A DNA stretch of 64,000 nucleotides, from NCBI GenBank assembly GCA_002633005.1, contig NMRA01000016.1:714443-778442 (forward strand), written 5' to 3'. The stretch is from Phoronis australis (taxonomy: Eukaryota > Animalia > Phoronida). This document shows positions 24,901-35,970 of the stretch, one piece after another. Each line of letters opens with the position of its first letter. Position 1 is the first letter of the stretch. The notes under the pieces were generated by a model. The model was not told the origin of the DNA. It saw only the letters and a list, made by a program, of their open reading frames with translations, and did no database searches. Position numbers and translations under genes: made by a program.

Positions 24901-26575
24901 GTAAGGGAAAAGCCGACATCAGTGTTATAAGGGCACGTGATCTAAATCAAACTTCGTTCCTGGACGGTGCGGGGGATTTATAGCAACTTCAATACATTGC
25001 ATACAAAGTCATTGTTCTCACATGGATTAAAGTTGAGCGTGGTGGGAACTAGGGAACGCTGTGATTCCCAACAGAGTTCCGAACAGAGGCCACTGTGCCA
25101 TGTACTTCTCAGTGAAATTTTTTTGCGAATACTTAAGAGCATAATTGAATAAATTTCCATAAAAATGGTGTGTTAAATAACATAATTTCCATAAAAATGA
25201 TTATTAAAGGATACATTTAAATACGGTAACGTAATTTCCATCACAGTGCGAGATAATTTCCATGAAAATACTTCAATCAACATTCATTTCCATAAAAATG
25301 GTCAGGTAAAGAGTACAGTGAACACTAGACAGGAAAATGAGACTGTACATGCAGCTAGATCAAAAACATTGTATAGCGTCATGATTCTAAAAAAAAAAAT
25401 AAGCATTGGGGCTCAAAATGTGAATGTAGTCGTGAAATTTGAGGGCGGTGTGACTCACCACGCTCTAAAAAGCTTGGTGAGTATTTAGCATTTTCCTTAA
25501 CTCTTTAGATGAAGAACAATTAGTGAAACAATACTGTTTTTTAAAGTTGATCCACAATCATTCTGGAAACATATGGAAAAGTGACGAACATACCAATAAA
25601 GTCAGCTGTTTTATGACAGACATCAGAAAGGTAATTGGCAGGTAATTACTGCTCATTTATTATTCATCAGCATTTTAAAGTTCCAGGCTTTACAGTATAC
25701 CTGGCCAATGCTTTTAAGAAGACTTAAGTTATTAATCCCGTGAGTCAAAATGAAACGTTCGGCAAAAAAATGGTAAGATTTCATAATTATGAGAGTTATT
25801 TGGGCATTTTATGTGATTGGCAGTTCAATCATAAGTTGAAAGAAAACTAAACATCGCATGTGGTAAAATCTCACCAATTAAGACACAGTATGGCCGACAA
25901 GAGAAATTTTATCTTAATATATTTTTTCCATAAAACAATATCACCAAATTAAAGGCTTCCCATGATCAAGTTATGTAACATAGCTACCATCAGACAAAAT
26001 GAGGGCATTCACAACAATTTTATTACAAGTCCTTGAAAAATTAAAAAGGCGTTTTTGGCAATCAGTTTTCTTCAAAAACGGCGAGATTTTACCACAGCTG
26101 CTGAACGTGTGGAAAAATGATCTAATGTCCCCGTAACTCGGAATTTTACATTCAATTACATCTGCCATTTTCACATCGCAGGTGTAACTGAATGTCACGT
26201 CGGGTCTAGAATAATTCTGCTGTCTAACACAAAACACACATCATGCAATTAATAAACTTGGCTTACCTTCAACCCACTGCTACTGCTGCCAAATCCCTTA
26301 TGTGAGTTCTTGAACGATTTGCGTGGACTACGAGGACTTGGTGACGACTTGCCAGGAGGTGGCGATGCTGGAGGTGTTCCTGGAGAACCAGGGCGTACCT
26401 TGGGGGAGCTGGGGCGGTGCTTGCTGCCATTACCCGTGGCATGGGCCATAGTGATGGGCTCACCGCGCAGGATCTGCCGCAAATTGTCCTTGAGAGCATG
26501 CTGGGTCTCCGACTCACTGAGCCAACGCAGGAACAGTTCATCAACTTTGGATTTTAACAACGGTTTGAGCGACAT
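790..26575 (-). CDS. PPP2R3B: Serine/threonine protein phosphatase 2A regulatory subunit B'' (PR70/PR72 family, PPP2R3A/B-like), whole gene model, 13 coding exons, about 573 aa
   Basis: Exons join(26267-26575,11738-11929,11113-11216,7796-7898,7179-7253,6131-6217,5615-5771,5219-5267,4908-4994,4200-4344,3624-3773,1868-1971,790-949) on the minus strand. All are GT-AG with compatible phases. Translation gives family motifs [66 protein letters not shown]. Orthology is to the PPP2R3A/B pair, not specifically B. Confidence 0.93.
1868..1971 (-). CDS. PPP2R3B: PP2A B'' exon 12
   Basis: [34 protein letters not shown]; TAG/GTAGGT. Confidence 0.92.
3624..3773 (-). CDS. PPP2R3B: PP2A B'' exon 11
   Basis: [50 protein letters not shown]; CAG/GTAAGT. 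Confidence 0.93.
4200..4344 (-). CDS. PPP2R3B: PP2A B'' exon 10 (EF-hand 2)
   Basis: [27 protein letters not shown]...PFNDCLCQ; CAG/GTAAAG. Confidence 0.93.
4908..4994 (-). CDS. PPP2R3B: PP2A B'' exon 9
   Basis: [28 protein letters not shown]; CAG/GTACTG. Confidence 0.92.
5219..5267 (-). CDS. PPP2R3B: PP2A B'' exon 8
   Basis: [17 protein letters not shown]; TAG/GTATGA. Confidence 0.9.
5615..5771 (-). CDS. PPP2R3B: PP2A B'' exon 7 (EF-hand 1)
   Basis: [52 protein letters not shown]. Confidence 0.93.
6131..6217 (-). CDS. PPP2R3B: PP2A B'' exon 6
   Basis: [29 protein letters not shown]; TAG/GTGAGG. Confidence 0.92.
7179..7253 (-). CDS. PPP2R3B: PP2A B'' exon 5
   Basis: [25 protein letters not shown]; CAG/GTAAGT. 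Confidence 0.92.
7796..7898 (-). CDS. PPP2R3B: PP2A B'' exon 4
   Basis: [34 protein letters not shown]; TAG/GTGAGT. Confidence 0.9.
8100..8530. repeat. Dispersed repeat (probable old DNA transposon/MITE); inverted relative at about 25675-26170
   Basis: Reverse complement of 8250-8415 (aaatctcaccaatttgagacac...ttaccatctgata...ggcattcacagcaat) aligns by eye with 25866-26020; boundaries approximate. Confidence 0.55.
9056..9551. mobile_element. hAT-type non-autonomous element (MITE)
   Basis: TIRs CAGGCCTTTATCCAG / CTGCATAAAGGCCTG; 8-bp TSD cagccaag vs ccgccaag (7/8); subterminal GGGCGTCCA repeats at both ends. Confidence 0.8.
11113..11216 (-). CDS. PPP2R3B: PP2A B'' exon 3
   Basis: [34 protein letters not shown]; not in the ORF track; CAG/GTAAGT sites. 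Confidence 0.9.
11582..11625. repeat. (AAAC)n microsatellite
   Basis: About 10 perfect AAAC units. Confidence 0.95.
11738..11929 (-). CDS. PPP2R3B: PP2A B'' exon 2
   Basis: HTDRNQ...[14 protein letters not shown]...MDSISK; CAG acceptor, GTATGG donor. Confidence 0.88.
14409..18434. repeat. Nested near-identical duplications around N16281 and N17768 (probable allelic contig overlaps)
   Basis: 14409-15902 recurs at 16282-17767 with scattered SNPs and indels; 15616-16280 recurs at 17769-18433; each copy begins directly after a single N. Confidence 0.85.
18323..19618 (-). CDS. PP2A B'' candidate alternative long first coding exon 1b (432 codons, PR130-like architecture)
   Basis: 463-aa ORF 18227-19618; in-frame TGA just upstream of the ATG (19625-19627); donor CAG|GTAATA at 18323 in phase 0, compatible with exon 2; candidate acceptor TTTCAG at 19762. 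Confidence 0.75.
21978..23314. repeat. Tandem duplication around N22646 (probable assembly overlap)
   Basis: 21978-22645 is repeated at 22647-23314 with a few SNPs. Confidence 0.85.
23870..24417. mobile_element. Possible Kolobok-like MITE
   Basis: Imperfect TIRs GGGTACGTAGGACCC / GGGTCTCACGTAACC, flanked by TTAA-like ctaa and tcaa. Confidence 0.4.
25675..26170. repeat. Dispersed repeat, inverted relative of 8100-8530
   Basis: Similarity by eye to the reverse complement of 8250-8415; begins TTAAAG while the other copy ends CTTTAA; boundaries approximate. Confidence 0.5.
26267..26575 (-). CDS. PPP2R3B: PP2A B'' first coding exon 1a (PR70-like N-terminus)
   Basis: [25 protein letters not shown] resembles the PR70 N-terminus; donor AAG|GTAAGC, phase 0; an acceptor at 26622/26621 implies a non-coding exon further upstream. 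Confidence 0.9.
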
Positions 26576-28162
26576 TATCACAGTTTCTGGAATGTGTCAG
26601 TAGATGCACAATTGCATTGACCTGAAAAAACACCTAATATATCTTTATTTATGACTCAACTAAATAAAAATACACCGCTCGGGCATTTTTGCATTTTGCA
26701 GTAGACATTTGCACCTTGCGTGTTGGCATACTTCCATTTGTTACATTTTTTTGAATGCAGGCAGCTATAGGTTGTTTATGAAGCCGACGACTTCCGCACC
26801 ACTGAATTTGGGGATGCTTTGTTTTGGCGAGCTTACTTCCCATTTTGAGACCTGGAAATTTTGCAAGGTCACATTTGGTGAGTTGATGTTACGCGCTAAG
26901 CGTCAAGCCCCGAACTAGTCAAATTTACCAAATTAAAAGATGCTACATTAGTAATCAATGCTAAACACCTGGTAGAGTCTTGCCCAGCTTTTTATAGGCT
27001 AAGGAGCAACCTACTGGATGGCACTGTTACATGCCTACAACATATAGTGCATGGCAACAAATGGAAACGTCTGTCCGTTTTCCTAAAGGAGACTGGCAGA
27101 CTTGAAAACTTTCTTCACGAGGAGCCATAGTTGGGGTCTCGTGCCTTTGCTCAGGTGAATTGTGCAATGGGCCTAACCATGAGGCCTGCACACGTCTGAT
27201 GCACCGCAAATGACATCAGACCACCTGCACTGCTTTTTTTTAATCACTGCTAGGACATGAAGTTTGGTAATTATGTTGACATAAGAAAGACAAAACCCCG
27301 TGTTACTCATGGTGCTAATCCATATGGACAGAAATTGAAAATCTCTAAACAAACAATGATGATCTTCATACAATAATTATTTGTTGATTCTACAAAAGTG
27401 ACGCAAGAGAGTTTTAGATAAAAATGAAACGACAAAGGACAACTAGTTTATTTCAACACCCAACAGACAGCAGTATCTATCTTTATGTTTCAATACATAT
27501 TCGAGAAATATGACGCCAAAATTACCCATGTCCGAATCTTCACAATCCAAAAATTCAGTTTTGGCTTAAATTTCAATGGATTATTCCAAATTTTAGAGAG
27601 TGTCTCGAACTGGAAGATTTTTACTACTTCTAAAAGGTTCATGTATTGTACATGTTGCTGTTAGTGTAAACAATGATTTTAGAATCTCACGTCATTTATA
27701 ATGTTGATGCTTTTTCACGACAACAAACAGCCAACCCAGGACTATACTTTGATGTACAAATAAGCAGCCAAAAAATCTTTGATTTTCAAGAATCTCTACA
27801 TTGCACTTCGTCAATCACAGCTTTCAATTTTTTGCATAAAATTATATGAAGCAGGATTTCACATTTTAATGTATTACACACACAGCAGTGTTGTTTGTTG
27901 ATGAATTTCGTGTTCGTGTCACGAGCGGGCTGTTTTTAAGATGGTGAGAGACATTTTACAAAAGACGGAGAATGATGCAAGAAAATGACATTTATTACAA
28001 TTAGATTGTTTTTCACTTAAACGGTTGCAGCGGGCAAGGTGAGTGTTGGTTGACTCCCAGATTTTGCAAGCACCCCTGCCCTGCTCTACATGTTGATATA
28101 AGTTTTACGGCCAGGTGATGAGCAGAACTACCAGGGCTGTGTGAAATTTCAGGGTATTGTAC

Positions 28163-28906
28163 ACAATATGACGACATTGACTTACACATATGATTTCGGT
28201 ATTGTTCAATTCCTTGCAACGTTATCTTTTTAAAAATACAACAAATTTTTTCCTACCCCGCTCCCTTAGTATTTTATCGTGAAATTTCTGCTCGCACTAT
28301 TTCCCGGTACTCGGTAGTAACACCGCCATGTTGGAATGGAAGGAGTCACCTGGCGGTCAAAAACTGAACCAATCTACCGACTTTTGCAGATTGTCACTTT
28401 TCATTCAAATTGACCGAGACCCGTCTATCCCCTGCCTGAGTTACGGTCCCAAAGGTTCGAATTCGACCTATGGTGACCCTGGTACGCATCTGCTAGCAAG
28501 AATCCACGAAAAAGCTGAGGTTGTTTTTGAGGTCCAACTTGGTGAAAAGGGTTTCACTTCAAACAATTTTCGTGCAAAAATGGTCAAATGGTCACAATTT
28601 GGAAAAGTTGAAATGACGCAACTTGTTTCTCCATATTATGTCGGGAAAACTTTAGCAGGAATCTCGCGCGGGCAAACACCATTCAGAATCGATGATGCTG
28701 TTTCATTCATTAACAACAGGTGTCACTGTAATCTTGAGTTGAGCTAACATGGCGTTGTCAATCGGGAAATAGTGCGAAACGAAATTCGACGATAAAATAC
28801 GGAGGAAACGTGGTAGGGGATACATTCATATATTTTTGGAAAGATAACGATGAAAGGAATCGAACGATAACAAAATCATATGTGTAAGTCACTGTCGTCA
28901 TATTGT
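28163..28906. mobile_element. Non-autonomous DNA transposon with long (about 165 bp) imperfect terminal inverted repeats
   Basis: 28163-28332 (acaatatgacgacattgacttacacatatgattt...cgccatgtt) is the inverse of 28746-28906 (aacatggcg...aaatcatatgtgtaagtcactgtcgtcatattgt). Confidence 0.8.
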
Positions 28907-29373
28907 AAATAATTACAAATTTCGGGTTCTAACAGAGCACAACACAGTGGCACCTAGCTGTATTTCGACGATAGTCTTCATTCAGTTACTGAGTTATCAG
29001 TTAGCTGGCTGGCTAGTGATTGTGCCTAGCAGAGGACCACCAGTCTGTTACCTAGGCAATGCAATCGTCCAGTAGTACTCAAAAGCTATCCCTGAGGTGG
29101 CTAATTGTCTGCAGTTTTCTGGCCGTGCCATTCCAGAACACTCCAGACCTGGAGTTTGCGGTTTGAGCGGGACTGAGTTTGGAGACTTTAATTTAATTCA
29201 CAAATTGCTGCAACACGATCTTCTGGAAAAAGTGTGCACGTAAAAATCGCAGGCAAACACTATCTACAAAACTTACGCAGTGAACCGCTGTAAAATACGT
29301 ACAAAGCTCACATCATCACAAAAAGTATTTCTTGAAAAGTCGTCTCTCTTTTCCGTGGAGAAATGTTAGCGGG

Positions 29374-29384
29374 GCCGCCATCTT
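29374..29384 (-). promoter_or_regulatory. YY1-type motif AAGATGGCGGC, candidate promoter/TSS region of the PP2A B'' gene
   Basis: Plus strand gccgccatctt is an exact YY1 consensus on the gene's strand, upstream of exon 1a, which has an acceptor and so needs a 5' UTR exon. Confidence 0.45.
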
Positions 29385-31599
29385 ACCTTGAGAGTATTTG
29401 ACGTTTTTAAAATCGTAAAATGAATATTGATAAGCTTTTTAACAAAGTCAATAAGCATGCATAATTAATTTTCTTTTAGTTTGCATTCAAATATATTCAC
29501 ATTAAAAAAAATTTTGAAATCGGGTAATCTGGATCAACTGTACTGAGAGTAACTTAGTTCATTTGTTAACCGATAGGTGAGCATTAGCGTCTGCTCTGGC
29601 GATAGCAGGCAGACCGAAAGGCCCACCGCAATCAAGCTCATGCTCCGCACCAACTATGACAGTTTTAAAATACCAGTTAGTACTTTGGTTAGCACTCCAA
29701 AAGTAGCCGGATAACAAACAGACTATCAGTTGTTCTCGTTTTTGTTGATCTCCATTGGTACACATAGCCTTGTATACTACCAAAATACGACAGCTCTTCA
29801 TTGTCATTGTTTGCGGCCGGCGCACTGACTCGGGACAATTGGAATATCTGTTGGCGTCAAAATTCCGAAATTTCGATCAACGCATATTCATTAACGAACC
29901 GGATTAAACTATCGTGTTTACTTGTTGTCCACGCAGTATGAGCGGAGAATAATTTGTTCAAATCGTCTACAATAGTAAATCAATCCAGTTTTATTAACGA
30001 AGTTCCTAATTTTGCATCAGTGTTATTTGGCCAACTTTTCCAAAATTCTATCATTCCTTGGTAACAGAAGATGGAATCTAAACCCTTGTGATGGTACAAA
30101 CTACATGTACATGTAATTGTCCGACCGAGGCAAAGTGAACGTTGAAGCCAGATTGTTAGAGTTAATAAGGTGTTTTAAGTCTTCCATCTTTGGATTGTTA
30201 AGTGGATAGGAATAACCCCCTTTATTAATATAGCAGCCTAGAAAGTGAAACATCTTATAAAAAAGGTTCAACATACCTTTTCAAAACTAATGGCATTGTC
30301 CAAGATCTCGATGGTAAGCCTATTGAGTGAACTCCTTTCTATCGCACTGATAAAAACGAAGCTCCAGAAAACAGATGTACCTGACCGCGTCTAAGCACCG
30401 ACCGTGGACTAACCTTAGGGTGTAAGCTATTATTGAATTTTTTCAACATTTTGAATTTGGCATTCAGTAAATTTTTGCTTTGACACCGAGAATCAACTCC
30501 TGCGTTGAATTTTCAATATTATTGAAAAAATGGGAATCTTTTCATGCAGCGCCCCCAAGTTTAAAGAGGTAAGTAACTAGTATTCATTCTCATTAATGAT
30601 TCGTTTTCATTATTTATCATTGAGAATGAATAGGTATTTATGGGCTGTTAAAAGCTCACTGGAATCTTCCGATATGTTATTAGAAAATATGCACGTAAAA
30701 GAGAACCTTATTCCTGGATTTTCCGTAGATGAGCGCACACGATGAAACGCCTATGGGCGTTCATTTGGTGTTACAACTTCTGATGTCAAGTGCCAAATAG
30801 TGGGGCGTCAAGTGCCAAATAGTGGGGCGTTTATTTGGAAAATGCCCTCATAAAGCCCACTCAGCGTCAACTTTTTGCTGCAAATTCAGTTTTGTGAAGC
30901 ATTTATCATTTTTAAAAACGAACAAGGTGGTGACGAACTATGCATTTATACACATAAAATTTAAAAATTAAGTTTTACGTAAAGAGATGTGAAACGTTGA
31001 CCTCGGGAAGGCAATCATCTTTTTAGCCAGAGCCCGGTATAAGCGGGGGGGGGGGTATTTGTACGGCAAATCTGGATTACCAGGCCAAAAATTGAAAATC
31101 AAGTACACGCCACTTTCATACCAAGAGGTACAATCGATTTTGTTCCAAGTCAGAAAGAGGGCATAAATGACCATACTTGTGCCTCACCTGTTTCTGCCCA
31201 TTCGCCTTTAAAATCTTAAAGGGGTTCTCTCCTGTAATAAAAAGTGATAGCAACCCTGACCTATTCAACGGGACATCTGTCATGGCCTACTCAAATTCGA
31301 ATAAAATGCTCAAATTTCCCACCCGCTGTTTCTCAGTTGTATGCAACTCATGACTAGAATTTTAAGTTTTGTCCTACTTAACAAATTCACACTGTAGATT
31401 CCACACAGCTGTGGATACTATCGAAGAATCTATAGACTACCACAAGCAACGCATCGTCGACTGTAGAGGTTAACAAGGCCCACTGATAGAATAGAAAATA
31501 TTGTACACTTGACGGCATGGAACCAACAGGGACCAAGCGAAGTACTCCAATGCGCCAGAACAAATTAAAAGTCCCGTTATCATACAACTAATTCAATCA

Positions 31600-34200
31600 A
31601 TGATCAACTCACTTTCTTTTTTCCCTTCGGAATGCTTTGGGTTCATTAGAAGCGTCTTGTCAAGTGCATTGATCTATATCCATCATTCAACACATGAATT
31701 GAGATGAAAGTAAGGCGTACAGTGCGATTGTGGTCTATTCATCTTCACACGGGTTTTCCCTGCAGTCATTTCCCAGAACTTTGCAGGAGAATATGTCGAT
31801 GATGAACTGAACAACGTAATGCACACATTTGGTTTAGGCTACTATTACCACAGAGGTAAAAGAATACTAAACCTTGTTTTTATGATTTCAACCAATCCTC
31901 GTTCCGTCACCTCCTAATGCATCATTTGCGTCAATCTTCAAAAAAAAGCAGCAATCGACTAATAACGCAGACTCCCTATCTCACAAATTGGATATTACGG
32001 TCCTTGGTGGGTGATCTTTTCTCGCAGTTGTTAATTTCATAAATAGTTGGAAAGCATGGCATGAAATTTTGAATCATGTGTAAGAACGAAGTAGTTATAA
32101 TAATTACATTCTGCGTCGGAATGTTTGTGCACTAATCATTCAAAGACGGAAATTGCTCACGCATCGTTCGGCAAAGTTTGACTATTTACAAGGAATGGTA
32201 GAATTTAGTTTGGGTAAAAAACTAAATTCCATAGAGAAGAGAAAATTGTAAAGTCGTCCACACTGGCGACCTCCCTCACCAACCCACGTGGACAGCGCTT
32301 CCAAAGAAACTTCTTGGTTTATAACTGTAATAACTCGTAACGTGTTATGGTTGGCAGGTCTTTAGTTAACCAACAACATGTCTCTTCCAACATTCAGGAC
32401 CTAACTGTAATAGGAAGTAACAGTATCATAGTCATAGAATCCGTTGATATCATGCTAAGAGCACTCCTACAGGACACTCAGATTCAACTCGTCAGAGATG
32501 GGCATAATTGGGTGGGATTATAATAACTACTTTGTTCTTACTCATGAAATCAAAATTTTATGCCATATGCTTTACAAGCGTTTATGGAATTAACAACTTT
32601 ATTTCGTAAGAATTGAAGTAACGTTTAAAGATATGTTGTTAGCACTTTATTTTGCAAACTCTGGGTCTCAGTGCCTGGGAGCTCAGTTTGAGCTTGAATG
32701 GGTTTGTTGTAAAAGTGAAAACATTGGACCAAATGACACATGCTATTACCTGCCGTACAGGTGCTCCCAAAAGCCTGCCGGCCTTTGAAATTGAAGTAAC
32801 TCGAGTTGAATGTGCCTGGAAATTGAAGATCAATTCTGGTTGCAGCCATACTCTCTTTGAACCGTCATGCTAGAACAAGCCATCACAGTCTTGCGAGGTC
32901 TGGGAACTCAGAAAAAGGTGTTTCATTGATTGACTGTTCTACTCAAATATGATCTAAGGCACAGCAAATAGCTTTTTGTTATCGTTGAAGTGTACAATGA
33001 AAAAGGCCTTTGGTTTGAGCCCTGCAATGGGGATGTCAATCTTGTCTCCAAAGCCTGTTACTAACGTGGGGTTTATTTTGTGCCACTCCGAGCCTTTGGC
33101 GATTGTAGTCAACGCAAACAGCATTGGCTGTTTCTGGGACAATTCTGTCAGGGGAAAAATTTCATTGTCCGCCAACGATGATATGTATGGCGGGTGGTAT
33201 GCCGACAAGGATGGCCTGTTGTTGTTCATAGTAGCGTATACTCTCTTGGCGTTAAGAGGGCCCTCAAAAAAGGTCTCTGACTTGTTAAACGCGGCCCAGT
33301 TGGTCTTTGTTGTCTGTTCCCAAGATGAGCTTTGATATCTCGGCTCTCCTTCCGGCCTATGGCCTTCTTGTGTAGTGCCTTGTAGAACTTGCGACCAAAC
33401 CTGTTAATGACCTTGGCGTTGGCTACTATCAAGTTGCCTGCCTTCGTATGGCCTTGCAGCACTCGGGGCAGGACGTTCCCACGTCTGTTATACGAGATGG
33501 CAGTATTGGTTTGGCCAATAAGCACCACGGACTGTTCCACCTAGGGTAGGAGCCCCTTCGGGTCATGTTACTTTCCCTTATGCTGAGCTCTCACTAATTT
33601 CTGCCAAAGGCTGCCGAACGGGCCCATAGTATCCAGCAGGCACTGCTGCACATATTTATAACTGCCCTCCGCAACGGCCACTGGCTTGTGAGACGGCGGT
33701 GGCAAATCCCCATCGAGGGGCTTCATTGTAAGCTCTAGTTGTGTTGGACAGAGTGTGTGATCGGGTATGGACTCTTTCAGAGCTGTACTGGGCAAATTCT
33801 CAGTAGAGTGCTTGGTAACGAATGGTCTTTCGACAGTGACCACTGCACCGAGTTGACTGTGGCCAGAGGGTCAAATCTAGCCACTTCAGAGGGTGGTAAT
33901 ATGAGTCACCCTCCGAGTCACCCTGATCACAGGCCTCATGGGCGCTGGATTCTCGACGGGAATCATCGTCAACAGACTCAGTCTCAGAGTCTTACCCCAG
34001 ACCTACAATATCATTTGGACCTGAGCCCAGAGTCATTAACGGACATTGAAAGGGAGTCATTGCAAGCGGATACACCGCCGCCTGCGGATAGAACGGCGTC
34101 TGCGGATACACCGCCAGACATGGATAAACCATTTCGAGCGTCTAAAAGACTCTTGCTTTCGCTTCATTAGCTGCCATAATAAGGTTACCCCCCAAAAGTG
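31600..34200 (-). mobile_element. Degenerate DIRS-like (tyrosine recombinase) retrotransposon remnant: gag plus RT fragments
   Basis: Minus-strand fragments QQCLLDTMGPFGSLWQKL and EQSVVLIGQTNTAISYNRRGNVL resemble DIRS ORF1; KLFAVP, FTFTTNPF..LSSQ..PR and DSMTMILLLP resemble decayed DIRS RT motifs in the right order; many stops and frameshifts; ends approximate. Confidence 0.65.
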
Positions 34201-35810
34201 CTTGTAAAATATATTCGAATTGAAGAAGGATGCGTGCGCAGTTTCTGTCTTTTAATGACTAGTGCGCAAGCATTTTGCAATTATAAAACAGTTCTTCCGT
34301 TCTTACGAAATGAAATTGCCGTGTAATTTGCTAAAATCGTAGGCCACGATTTCCAATTTAGCAGACTTTGAAAGGAGTTTTCAAATTTTCGTCAAAACTT
34401 TTAAAGGTTATCGAGGGTTACAGAGCATTACCATGTTTCAGAGAACTGGATGGGGAATCATTTTTAGCATCTGTCAATAGGGAAAAAACCGGGTTTTCAT
34501 ACCTATGTACATGTACTTTTTTAGGTTGGAGATTTGATTTCTGGCCATGGGAAGAACGGAAAACAGGATAAAAAATTCAGCCGGTCATTGAACGCGTCGT
34601 GCGTGGTATCAAGCAATAACGAACCGCTCGGTTTTCCCTAAGGCAATCTGAGTAAGGAAAACGTCAATTCGGTTTTTTAACAGTTGGTGGTCTTAATAAA
34701 CAATTAAATCGCACAGAAAGCTGGTTTATTGCAAGTGTTTCAATACACCTGGCCATGTAAAATGTTTGCAAATTCCAAACTCACCTCGTTTCCCGTTAAT
34801 TCAAGTCACCGACGCAGACACAGGTTAAAGTCGCATGATGTCAAGCATTAAATTAGGATTGTAAGTCGGCGTCTAGACCTGTGGCATTTTGAAGTTTTCA
34901 TAATTTAGGAACCTCGTAGAAAAGTCAACGATCATTAATTCATACAGCCAGAGAGGAAAGAAAAGGCTTTACAAATTATTTATATCTCAATTCCAAGTAG
35001 CATAGTCGTCACTTACGACAAATTTTTAGCCGAATCGTTCAACTTTTGAAATAAGCGTGGACATTTCGCCTCCAGGCTAATTAATTGCGCTTTCTCAGAA
35101 AAACCCATGAGACAAGCGCCGCCATTTTAGATTTAAATATAGAGGCAGTGCAAAGTGAATTTTCTACCACCAGAACAATAAAATGAGTAAGATTTAAATA
35201 AAATCACCATTTTGCGCCCAAGATATATTACAGAACTGTTTAGTTAGTTTGTTAGTAAGAAACAAGCAAGTTTGTACAAAAGTGATTGTTTTGTAAAATA
35301 TGGCGATATGAAATTAAATATGTGGTACTCAATCTGTTACGAATGTAATGGACCGATTGAGTTAATGAAACAATGACTACAGAATTCATTACAATTCATT
35401 TTTTTTTTTTTGAAGAAAGAAGACCATTCGACGAGAGAGCTAGAAATGATGGGTCCAGTGTCAACACAAAATCTTAGGACACTGAACGGTTACGCAATGT
35501 GTGCAAGTTTCATGTCAATCGTGCAAACGGTAGGAAAAGTCCAGAACCCATGTTGTTTTTGTACCCCAAGACGATTGCTTCAGTCTCTAGACACGTCTCA
35601 GACCAGTCATTAGTAAACATTTCGAAAATGGTCGCCACATCACCATCTTGTATCCAATATTAATGAAAAATGTCTATATCATGCGAATAATGTACAAGGT
35701 CTGGAACCCATGATGGTCTTGTAGCAGACGATTTCTGCAAGCCAGCAACACGCTCCAGTGACGGTAGCGTCGAATAACTCAAGAATCGTAAGTCGGGACA
35801 AATGTATATG

Positions 35811-35970
35811 CAGGGGCGGATCCAGGATTTTGAGTTGGGGGGATAGGGCAGAGTATTAGCCAGGATTGTGCCAGCAAGACATTCGCACCCCCGTACTGCC
35901 AAGTGGAATCTGGGAGAATTTTAGGGGGGGGGGGCATGGCGCCCTTGGCCTCCCTCTAAATCCGCCACTG
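35811..35970. mobile_element. Short hAT-like MITE
   Basis: Termini CAGGGGCGGATCCAG / CTAAATCCGCCACTG with G-rich interior; TSD not recognisable. Confidence 0.6.

Noticed and set aside
25150-25280. Three copies of atttccataaaaatg
   Set aside because: Short AT-rich irregular repeats, probably internal to a degraded transposon; no further structure
12000-25600. A third, PR72-like first exon in intron 1
   Set aside because: Looked for an ELAFLARGC-type N-terminus by eye and found none; cannot be excluded without a tBLASTn search
30785-30828. 22-bp direct repeat gtcaagtgccaaatagtggggc x2 as a CRISPR-like or regulatory array
   Set aside because: Only two adjacent copies with no spacer, in a eukaryotic context; a simple slippage duplication
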